A DNA stretch of 63,727 nt, the filler included, from Chiloscyllium plagiosum (lineage: Eukaryota), in the NCBI RefSeq assembly GCF_004010195.1. It is 4 parts of one record of this genome, joined end to end, with 100 filler letters (N's around TTAATTAATTAA, not from the genome) between each part and the next. Parts side by side here need not be neighbours in the genome. Positions count along the whole stretch, not along the records: positions 21,659 to 42,939 come from NC_057713.1; positions 43,040 to 60,838 come from NC_057713.1; 2 more parts are not named here. The stretch is one strand, 5' to 3'. The translations under genes were made by a program, and so were the position numbers. The notes below the pieces were generated by a model. The model had not been told where the DNA came from. It worked only from the letters and a program-made list of their open reading frames with translations, and made no database searches. This document shows, in pieces, positions 37,725 to 47,616 of the stretch. The first letter of the stretch is position 1. The number at the start of each line of letters is the position of its first letter.

Positions 37725-39020
37725 GAATGTTGGAATCGAGAGCATAGTGTGGGAAAATGTGAGGGTAATCACTTTGACTGGAAGAACAGAAGAGTTGCAT
37801 ATTATTCGAATGGGGAAAGATTGCAGAAAGCTGCAACACAGAGGGATGTGAAGATCCTTGTGCACAAATCCTAAATAGCTAGCATTCAAGTTCAATGTGT
37901 AGTAAGGAAGACAATAGACATTTGATTTTAAAGGAAATGAAATATAAAAGTGGGAGATTTTGTGAAAACTATGCAAGGCATTAGTCAGGCCAGACCTGGA
38001 AGAATGTAAACAGTTGTTGTCCCCTTATTGAAAGAAGAATATATGGGCATTGAAGGATGTCCAGAAATTCTAGGTTGATTTGTGCATGAATGAACTTTCT
38101 TTTAAGGAGAGTTTGAGTATGTTGGGCTTGTATTTGGGAGTTTAGAAGATTGAGAAGAGACCTTATTGAAGCATACAAGATTCTTAGGCAGCTTGATGGG
38201 GTAAATAATAGCATCCTTACAACGGGGAAACAGGCCATTCAGCCTATCAAGTCCACACCAACCCTCTGACAACCATCCTACTAGACTTACCACCTTACCT
38301 TTAACCCTGCATTTCCTCTGGCTAATCCACCAAGCCTGCACATCCCTGGACACTATGAGCAATTTAGCATGACCGATCTAACTAATCTGCACATCTTTGT
38401 ACTGCGGGAGGAAGTCAGAGCAGACAGAGGAAACCCACGCAGACACGAGGTGAATGTGCAAACTCTACACAGACAGCAGCCCAAGGCTGGAAATAAACCC
38501 GGGTTCCTGGCACTGTGAGGCAGCAGTGCTAACCACTTAAGATACAATGCACCCTAAATGCTAAAGGTTGTTTCCACTTGTAGGATCAGAGGGCACAGTT
38601 TCAGAGTAAGCAGATTCCTATTTAAAACACAGATGTGAGAAATATTTTTCTCTCTGAGGGTAAATGAATTTGTGAAATTCATTACCACAGAGGGCTATTG
38701 AGGCTCAGTAATTAACATATTCAAGGCTGGGTTAGACAAATTTTTCAGCAGTAAGGAAATCAAAGGTTATGACGAAAAGGCAGGATTGTGGAGTTGAGGG
38801 TTATAATATCATTGAGTTAACCTTCAACCAAAGAAAGGATTAAAGAAAGGAATAAAGGATTGAGAATTGTTGATGTTAATATTTGCAATTATATTGAAAG
38901 CATTTTACTGTTTATAGCTTTCTTGATTTCAATGTCAGCCATTAATCTTATCTCATTGATTGGTCGGGCAGACCTGATAAGCCGAATGGCATCCTTCTGC
39001 TCCTATGTCTTATAGGCTTA
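37725..39020 (+). mobile_element. CR1 LINE 3' part, interrupted by HE1 and by a 128-bp templated insertion
   Basis: LVRPDLEECKQ, RRLRRDLIEAYKI remnants; 3' UTR ..cttctgctcctatgtcttat. Confidence 0.8.
38215..38552 (-). mobile_element. HE1-type V-SINE
   Basis: ggaaacccacgcagacacg..tgcaaactctacacagac and ggcagcagtgctaaccac. Confidence 0.85.
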
Positions 39021-39653
39021 TTGTCACCTTTTCAGAAATAAGTTTTCAATGATTCATGACCCTCTAAAAGAAAAAAATAATTGCCTAAATCTCTGTTGAA
39101 AATGGGGGACCCCAATATTTAATCACTGACCCCTAGAGCCAGTTTCTCCCAAAGAGGAACTGTGCTTTCCACATTTACCCTGTCAAGACCACTCAGGATC
39201 AAATAGGCTTGTTGTTAACTAGCAAGCATATCTCATGGTATCGGTGTACTGCTATAAACCAGATACAAGGGCCGAATAAGAGACCAGAAATTTTCCAGAT
39301 ATCCCCAGGTTAGACATTTACTGGTTCCCTTACTGGTTCTGAGTAAACATCCTGGACCTCCCTGCCCACCACCCTTTAGCACATTGTCTATAGCAGCACA
39401 AAACTATTTTGTTTCCAAGGGTGACAGACGATAAGCAAAAAATCCAAATGTCCCTGTGATGCTCACATCCCAGCAATGATTTATTTTTAAAAACAGAAAA
39501 GAATGACATGATCAAGATAATAACCATTGAGTTAACCTTCAACACAAAGAATGGAATAAAGAAAGAAATAAAGGATTGAGGATTGCTGCTGTGAATATTT
39601 GCAATTATACTGAAAGCATTTTACTGTTTACAGCTCTCTTGATTTCAATGTCA
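38810..39653 (+). repeat. Direct repeat pair: 38810-38937 and 39525-39653
   Basis: cattgagttaaccttcaac...ttcttgatttcaatgtca occurs twice with scattered substitutions. Confidence 0.92.
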
Positions 39654-40100
39654 CTATTTTATCGGATGGGTTATAAATACTCACATAAATCCTACCTTTC
39701 ATCTTCTCACTGCTTCAATTTGTAGCACAGCCGCTATGATCATCTTTCTTCTGAGACAGCAGTAATAGCTTGGTGTCCTCTGACTATTCCATCAGGACGT
39801 TCTCCTACAAACTCTCTACTTTTCAGTGCCTGCATGGCTTATCCTCATCACAGAGACTTTCAGTGATATTATAGAGAGAAAACATTTTGTCCTTAGCTTT
39901 CTTCTCATCATGCTCAGTAAATCTGCCAGTGTTTACAGTAACAACTAACTGAGGAAAAAAAATCGATATCAAATATGACCAGATTGGTAATTTACAGAAA
40001 TTATTCATTCTTATTAAATATTTGAATGAAGATCTTTAGTAATTAGTGAATTGCATTAACAGAGAATTTTTTAGTTGGATGGAATGAGAATAAGGGAATA

Positions 40101-41126
40101 TGGTTTGAAAATCAAAAGCATTGCAAATTTTTAATTTTTATGACCTTGGGAAAACTGGACATATGACAATTTTGTGAAACCAAAGGAACAGAAGTGTATT
40201 TTCAATTTTGGGAGATATTTGTTTCTAGATGAACCCACATATGATTGAAACCAGAAGCTCAACTGGTCTAGCCATAGATGTATTGTAACTACAAGAGAAG
40301 GTCAGAGGCGAGGAATTCTACAGCAAGTAACTCACCTCCTGTTATCCTAATGCCCCATCTACAAGACACAACTGAAGACATCCTCCCCACTTGCTTGGAT
40401 GGTTGCAGCTTGAAGAACACTGAAGAAGCTATCCGAAAGACACGACGGGGAGTATTTCGTTCAAACAATCAAATTCCGGATAATCGAATGCCGGGTAACA
40501 TTGTTTAGCCTAGTATTAAGACCTTGCAATCTTGCCAGATAATCGTGGTTCCTCAGGAATATATCACTTGGAATGTATCACCAACCCTTAACTGCAGCTG
40601 AATCAAAGTCCTGGAATTCCCTTCCACCGAACAACATTGTGGTTATCCCGCCAGCCCAGGGATTGCTCTCATTCAAGAAGGAAGCTGAGCAGCTCATTCT
40701 CCATAGCAATTAGTGAATGATCACCTTGTCAGTGATGCCCTCATCCCATGGACACACAGAAAAAGATCAGATTATTAGGCTTGGAAATATACTCCCGCTC
40801 CTTTGCTTTTACAAAATTATCGGAGCTGAAAATGTGTTGCTGGAAAAGCGCAGCAGGTCAGGCAGCATCTAGGGGAACAGGAGAATCGACGTTTCGGGCA
40901 TAAGCCCTTCTTCAGGAATCTTATGCCCGAAACATCTTATGCCCGAAACGTCGATTCTCCTGTTCCCTGGATGCTGCCTGACCTGCTGCGCTTTTCCAGC
41001 AACACATTTTCAGCTCTGATCTCCAGCATCTGCAGACCTCACTTTCTCCTTTACAAAATTATCATATGCCCAGTTTTGCCAAGGTAATAAAAATAAAAAA
41101 TTGCAATGCTTTTGATTTTCAAACCG
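40101..41126. repeat. Old inverted repeat (~105-bp arms: 40101-40208 and 40779-41126 minus the PLE insertion)
   Basis: ggtttgaaaatcaaaagcattgcaa...catatgacaattttgtgaaaccaaagga versus tcctttgcttttacaaaattatc[PLE]atatgcc...ttgcaatgcttttgattttcaaacc. Confidence 0.85.
40822..41049. mobile_element. Young fold-back PLE (family A) with 14-bp TSD and a hammerhead core
   Basis: TSD tttacaaaattatc at 40808-40821 and 41050-41063; near-perfect inverted arms; minus-strand core CTGAAGA AGGGC TTAT GCCC GAAACGTC at 40888-40915. Confidence 0.9.
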
Positions 41127-41619
41127 TAACTTCCATCATTGACCTATTTTATCTATAAAGCTTTTTTTTCTCTCCAATTCAACTGGGGAAAGGTTCTGAG
41201 CTATTAGTTTTGGCAGTTATGTTTAATTGTCTTCAGAATTTGGAATAACAGACTTTTCCCTTATTGGGTTTGCCAGTAAAAAGTCAGCAGAGTGGTTTCG
41301 TGCACATCCACCTGAATCATTGCCAGTCTGGAAAATATGTTGTCATTTGTCTAGCGTTGGAAAGTTCCCTGTTGCAGTTACATAGCTGATTGACAGTAAG
41401 ATATTGGCAGGGCAATAAGTGAGATAGGCCTATTGAAACCACCTCAGCAGTCCTTACTGCTGACAGTAGAAGGACAAGCAGATGAAGACCTGAATCAACT
41501 TAAAAGTCAGGCAGTCTTTGATTTATAAGAATATGTTTCCTTAGTGAATGAAAGTGATGTGAAAGTGCCTAACTGTTGTTCCATATTACATTTTTATTCC
41601 TTTTCCAGTTATTTACAGC

Positions 41620-42040
41620 ATTTCTAATGTTGTACATTCTTTATAATACTGGACAAATCTTGAATGTGGATGTTATTAGTAAGGGGTTTTGAAAGGGTAA
41701 ATGTTGAGAAGATATTTCCATTCACAAAGGAATCTAGAACAAGGGTGTCCATTTTAAAAATGTGAGGTTCCTACTTAAGTTAGAGATGAAGATGAATTTC
41801 TTCTCTCAGAGGATTTACTAGTCTTTAGAATTCTGTTTGATGGAGAGTAATGGAGAGTGGATCAGCGAATGTATTGAAGATTGAGTTAGACATATTTCTA
41901 ATCAACAAGGAAGTCAAAGGCTATGCAGATAAATAGGAAAGTGGACTATAGGCTACAGTCAGATCAGTTTTAATCATATTGAATGGTGGTGCATTCTTGA
42001 CTGAATGGCTAACTATTACTTCCATATCTTCTGGTATTAT
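41620..42040 (+). mobile_element. Decayed CR1 3' end
   Basis: tctagaacaaggg..gagatgaagatgaatttcttctctcagagg..agatcag..attgaatggtgg is CR1 3' sequence. Confidence 0.65.
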
Positions 42041-42676
42041 CTTCTCTTATTCTTTGGGCCTGGGGGCTGTAGTTTGTGGGAAGGTGGAAGATAATTGTGA
42101 AGAAGGGACAAGTGTATATACACAGGGGGGGGATATGGTAAAGCCAGGATAGGAATAACTCATGTGGCAGAGGGGATTCGTACACGTTCAAGAGCATCCT
42201 GACTTCAAGAGGAGTCACCAGCTAGCCTTCAAGTGTCAGCAGCCTGGGGTGTTTCTTCCTTAGCCACAGTGCTCACTGGATTGTATTCCCCCCGAGGGAT
42301 CAGTCTCTGGGCTGGAGTGGGGTTCAGGAGACATCTTTGTTGATACTTTCGCTCAAGCCTCACTATTCACACCTTCAGAAAACAAGGAGTAGATCTTCTC
42401 CGCTAACCTTCCAGGAAAAGGATTCCTTTCGTTTGCACTTCTTCCTCAACTAAGAGCTCCAGGTGTCTGCCGATGAATTGAAGAGCCACATTCCTCTACT
42501 CCAACACCTTCTTGAAACTAACTTGACAGAGCAAGGCAGCTTCAGAATGCTAGTGTGGCTGGGTGCACAGAGACCTGAAAGGATATGGAAGATATAGACT
42601 GTAGGGATGGTGACATCTTGCAAAAGGCGGAAGTGCTGGATGTCTTGAAACAGTTAAAGGTGGATAAATCCCCAGG

Positions 42677-42939
42677 ACATAGAACATAGAACATAGAAGA
42701 ATACAGCGCAGTACAGGCCCTTCGGCCCTCGATGTTGTGCCGATCCAAGCCCACCTAACCTACACTAGCCCACTATCCTCCATATGCCTATCCAATGCCC
42801 GCTTAAATGCCCATAATGAGGGAGAGTCCACCACTGCTACTGGCAGGGCATTCCATGAACTCACGACTCGCTGAGTAAAGAACCTACCCCTAACATCTGT
42901 CCTAAACCTACCACCCCTTAATTTAAAGCTATACCCCCT
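42677..42939 (-). mobile_element. Young CR1 3' end, cut by gap, inserted in another CR1 fragment
   Basis: (acataga)n tail followed by tacagcgcagtacaggcccttcggccctcgatg; CpGs retained. Confidence 0.85.
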
Positions 42940-43039
42940 NNNNNNNNNNNNNNNNNNNNNNNNNNNNNNNNNNNNNNNNNNNNTTAATTAATTAANNNNN
43001 NNNNNNNNNNNNNNNNNNNNNNNNNNNNNNNNNNNNNNN

Positions 43040-43318
43040 TGCAATCTTCTTCCCGCCCTCTCCGCCCCCACCCCAGTCTGACCTTTCACCCTCACCTTGA
43101 CCTCTTTCCACCTATCACATTTCCGACGCCCCTCCCCCAAGTCCTTCCTCCCTACCTTTTATCTTAGCCTGCTGGACAAACTTTCCCCATTCCTGAAGAA
43201 GGGCTTATGCCCGAAACGTCGATTCTCCTGTTCCCTGGATGCTGCCTGACCTGCTGCGCTTTTCCAGCAACACATTTCCAGCTCTGATCTCCAGCATCTG
43301 CAGACCTCACTTTCTCCT
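43040..43318 (+). mobile_element. PLE family A 3' region with terminal repeat
   Basis: Reverse complement of 63519-63727; contains an intact hammerhead core. Confidence 0.85.
43193..43220 (+). ncRNA. Minimal hammerhead ribozyme core (PLE family A)
   Basis: CTGAAGA A GGGC TTAT GCCC GAAA CGTC: conserved boxes, perfect stem II, palindromic ACGT stem III and GUC triplet; stem I not evident. Confidence 0.7.
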
Positions 43319-44468
43319 GTTGAAATATCAGAGCTCTTCTGAAAAACTAGACTCCCAGCCCCTTCCCTCCCCGCCCCTGAGGTTAACTTCATCCAAGTTT
43401 TCCTTTTTATTTGTGCCATCCTGAAACCACTGTGATTCCAATGATGCTTGTTTACCTCATTCCTAAAGAGAACAGTGATTATTTGTAATAAGTTACATTG
43501 CCAAAGATCTCATACTATTTGGCAGGGAACCAGCCCCCTGGGAATTCAAACAGTTCTAAGCAGGTGGAAAGTGAGCAAATTGTGATTTTTAGCCTCCTGC
43601 TCACACAGTTACTGCTCGCATAACCACTTATGCCAGCTGGTTTTAGAATACATTCGAAATGCAAGGCAAAAGCATAAGCTGGAAAATTTATCAAAGCCAC
43701 TTCCCCTCTGCTGGAACTTCTTCATAGGAAGTGTGATGAAATCCCATTTACACATTTAAGTACAGCTTCTAATTCCACCATCTGGTCTCCTTATCTTGGC
43801 ACTTTTCTATGTTTTTATGGGAGATACGAAATATGTTTCTACACCTTTCCCATTCCACTTTCCAATGTGCCATACACGCATGTTGGTCAGCTTATAACTT
43901 CCGAAGTGAGGGGGAGATTTGAATTTTGGAAAAGAGTTAAATCCCTGAAAAATATCAGTGTGTTTGACACTCAACATGATCCCATTAATTTCTTGGTTTA
44001 AGGAGGGTACCTTCTAAGACCTGCAGGTGACCCTAAGAGTGTCATCAGAATTTAAATGTTTAAAATTCAAATTAATTTTGTGTTTAAACCCAAACCTCTG
44101 GCTTTAACAGCAAGCATATTCATTTCATGATTGTATGCGACTGGCCAGGTTCAATTGAGTGAAATCGATGAAGCTAACAGGCTGAGAAGTCTTTGAATGG
44201 AGAAACTGCATACTAGCTGCCCTGCCAATGTGAAAGGCTTGTGTTCATAAGACATGTTCTGTACATGTGCTTTCAATAGATTAGATTAGATTAGATTTAC
44301 AAGTAATTTCCAACAGGTAAATTCCAATAATGATTGGAATTATTTTCACTCATCTTGGGCTTTGTTTACTCTGCATATCCTGCTATTATAATCATTGCAG
44401 TATGGGAGCATTTATGCAGCTATAACATGGATTTTTGATGAGGAACAAGAGGAGTAGCCACTCTAACA

Positions 44469-44693
44469 TGTAGTAGTTTGGAATCAGGTGGACCTTATTA
44501 CCTGTGAGATCCTTAATTGGGGTTGTTAACCTGTTGCAATCAGGGAGCCCTCGCTGACAGATATAAACAGGGATTCATAGAGTCTCCTGACGTCAGGGAC
44601 TGATTCTGAGTTGGCTGGCCAGAGCCCATGTAACGTGGACATGTAAATAAAGAGTGACTTGGTGACAGGATACTGACCTCTGCAGTTATTTCA
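44469..44693 (+). mobile_element. Solo LTR (225 bp, Gypsy/ERV-type) with 4-bp TSD
   Basis: TG...CA termini, perfect AACA duplication (44465-44468 and 44694-44697), TATAAA at ~44563 and AATAAA at ~44646. Confidence 0.85.
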
Positions 44694-44789
44694 AACACCT
44701 AGAACCTGCACCCATTGATAGGAGCAACAAAAACAAAAGCATCTACATTTTTTTGCATTCCGATGCTACTCTACAGGACAGAGGAACAA

Positions 44790-45170
44790 AAAAAGAACAA
44801 AGTTACATTTATGTGCAGTAAATTTTACAATCACCACCTGTCTCAAATACTTGTGACATGTAGTCACTGCTATAATGTTAGAAAAATGGCAGCCAACTTG
44901 TGCTCAGCAAATTCTCTAAAATACCAATGTGATGATGACCACTTAGTTCAACTGTTTCTTTTGGTGCTCAATTGACAGTTAAATATTGGTCAGGACACCT
45001 GCGTTATCTCATCTGCAGTTCATCATATGAGTACCATGGGATCTCTTATTTGTGCCCATGCAGACAGATGAAGCCTCAGCTTCGTGTCTCATCCAAAAGA
45101 GGGTATCTCCAATATTGCAATGCTTCTTCAATACTGCACTAGAGTGTTAGTCTTATTCTTGTATTCAAGG
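44790..45170 (-). mobile_element. Deu-domain SINE (SacSINE1/AmnSINE1-like), decayed
   Basis: Minus strand ..cttttggatgagacacg..agatcccatggtact..gtgtcctgaccaatattt..ttggctgccattt resembles the Deu core as recalled. Confidence 0.65.
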
Positions 45171-46212
45171 GGTCAGACAACTTCAGTTTGAAGAAGGCAA
45201 TAGCCCCCAGCAGAATATACATGGACAGAGCTGTTCAGAGAAAGAGTATTGTTGGACTTGAAACATAAACTAAGTTACTCTCTCCAGAGATACTGCCAGA
45301 CTGAATGAATTTCTCTAGCATTTCACTTTTATTTCAGAGTTCCAGCAATATTTTACTTTTTCTGCTTGCCCAAGAAGAAAGTGCAAAACTTCAAGAAGAA
45401 TCGAAAGCTAAGAGGGATGAGGAAGTACCCACTTAGCCACCTTAACCATTGAGGTGGAGGTCCTGGGGCAGAATCTTAGCAGACTCTGAGTGACATGGAC
45501 TATGATGAGTTGGGTGATAGAATCATGCAAGATGTTTGGTGAGTATGGCAAGCTTTTCCTTCATTTGCAGAGAGACCAAAATACTGTAGTTTCCAGTTGA
45601 GACGTCACTAAGGTGCTATGCAACCACAGAAAGACATCTTTAATTCTGAACTCAAATCCTCTTGAAAGGAATGCCAACATAACATTTTCTTTTTGGGATG
45701 ATTCTGCATGCTAGGTTTTAGTGACTTATGGACAAGGACACCTGAGTTCTTTTGGACACCAACACCTTCCAACCTCTCATTTAATAAATATTCTGCCTGT
45801 CAGATTTTTTTCTAGTAAATTCAAAACTTCACACTTTTTCACACTATATGCCACCTGCCACATTCAAGCTCAGCCTTTAGAGTTATCACTTTTAAGCTAA
45901 ACCCCATAGTACCTTCTCTCTCCCAGTATTAATTCTGATATTTCACAGTCCTCTACACTGATGTCTATACCAATGTCATGAGGATTTATACAAAATATTC
46001 AGTGAGGACTGTGATTACATCTTCCAGTTCCACACACATGTTATCTCCTTGATCTCTAATGGACACTACTCTTTCTTTATCTGCTCTCTTGCTTTTTTGT
46101 ATATATAACAAAACCCTTTCGGTTTTCCTTTATGCTATCTGTCGATGCTTTCTCATGTACTTTCTTAGCTTTCCTCGTTCCCATTTTAAGTCCCTCCTCT
46201 GTACTTTTCATA

Positions 46213-46330
46213 CAGGTAGTTCTTCGATAACTCGTGTTCACGAAATCGTGATTTGTCTGTAACGCGATTTGTGAAATGCTGACCGTTTGTTTTAGAAAGC
46301 GAAACCTCGTTTGCTGTAACGCCATTCTCA
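46213..46330 (+). mobile_element. Possible Tc1/mariner (Tigger-like) transposon terminus
   Basis: TA followed by CAGGTAGTTCTTCGATAAC and CpG-rich taacgcg subterminal motifs; partner TIR not found. Confidence 0.35.
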
Positions 46331-47029
46331 TCCCTGACATTAGGTGTCACGCTACGTGGAGAACGAGACTCTGTGTCGGCATCATGTGATTAGTCAGCAC
46401 ATGTGCTTTCTTGTGAAGAGCTTCGTGAAAGGTTTTTTGAAATGTTTGTGCTAGTGGACTTAGAAAAGCATCATGAAAATGTTTCCACAACCTGAGAACA
46501 AGGAGCTGAGAGCGATCTGTTAATTTAAAAACTTGGGTTGAGATAAGAGTGAAATTTCATGGGAATTGACTAACAGTAAAAGGACAATGTTGAGGAGCAG
46601 TTTGAAACTTGGCTTTGTTGTTTGTGGGAAGAGTTTTTTTTTTCTCTCTTTTTCTTTTAAAATCATGTTTAGATGTTAAAGAGTATCAGCAGACTTGTGG
46701 ATCTGTTTCAGTGACTAATCACTGTGGTAACCAACTGCAAAAAAAGTACAGGGGCTTGGACATGGTCAGTCAGCTGCTCAGGTGGTCAGAGTCAGGAAAC
46801 TCTCCATATAGTAGTTGAAGGGGAGAAAGGTGGGTGCCACACTGTAACTTTTGGTGCATGTGTGGCGAAGTCCTGGGGGGATTGAATAGGCTGTGCAGAA
46901 GAGATTCAGATTTCGTTAGGATCAGACGTTACTGAGGATAAGAGTGAGTGGGGAAGATGTTTTAGGAAATGATGGGTACAACAGCAGAGATTGATACCTC
47001 ACATTCGCTCTATGAGAAGATGGTGGCAC

Positions 47030-47260
47030 TTTCATTGGCAGAGTTGAGAAGGTCATTGATTTTCTTCCTACATTTTGTGCATTCCTTCAGTTGGTTAAGA
47101 CTGCGCTGGCCTGGATGGTAACCCTGGTCCAGGTGGGTGTGATTCCAATGGAATGGCATCTTCTGTTGGCCTGGGAGAAAAGGATGTCCTTCCTCTGCAT
47201 CACTCATCCCCATCAGCAGCATCTCCATGTCCCTGCCCACAAACAGAGGCACCAATTTTC
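47030..47260 (-). pseudogene. Harbinger/PIF-type Myb/SANT-like DNA-binding ORF remnant
   Basis: Joining frames gives VPLFVGRDMEMLL..VMQRKDILF..TWTRVTIQASAV..RNAQ/KCRKKINDL, resembling the trihelix motif F...LE.LV..V..R..ILF...W..V...VSA....R...QCRKK.NDL. Confidence 0.6.
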
Positions 47261-47616
47261 CATTATCTTCCACATCCAAAGACAATGTCAGAAACCATGC
47301 AGGACTGACAGCTCTTGTCTGGGTGCACAATACCTTTTTAAAGGTGGTGCTACACCACAGAGGTTGTTCAATTCTGGGATATCCAGGAAGTGGTGAGTTG
47401 TTTTGGTAATGGCCCATGGTGTAATAGTGCTGGACTGTGTGAGAGGGGCACCAAAGGATGGGAATAAATCAGATGAGTTTTGTAAAATAAGTGATAGATG
47501 TCCCCAAGCATGATGATGTGAAACCCTCCAAGAAACCTGACAAAACTGACACTTAGCAAAAGAAATTAAGATTCAGCCCTTGATCAATCAAGACAGGTTT
47601 CATTCTGGGATTTGAC

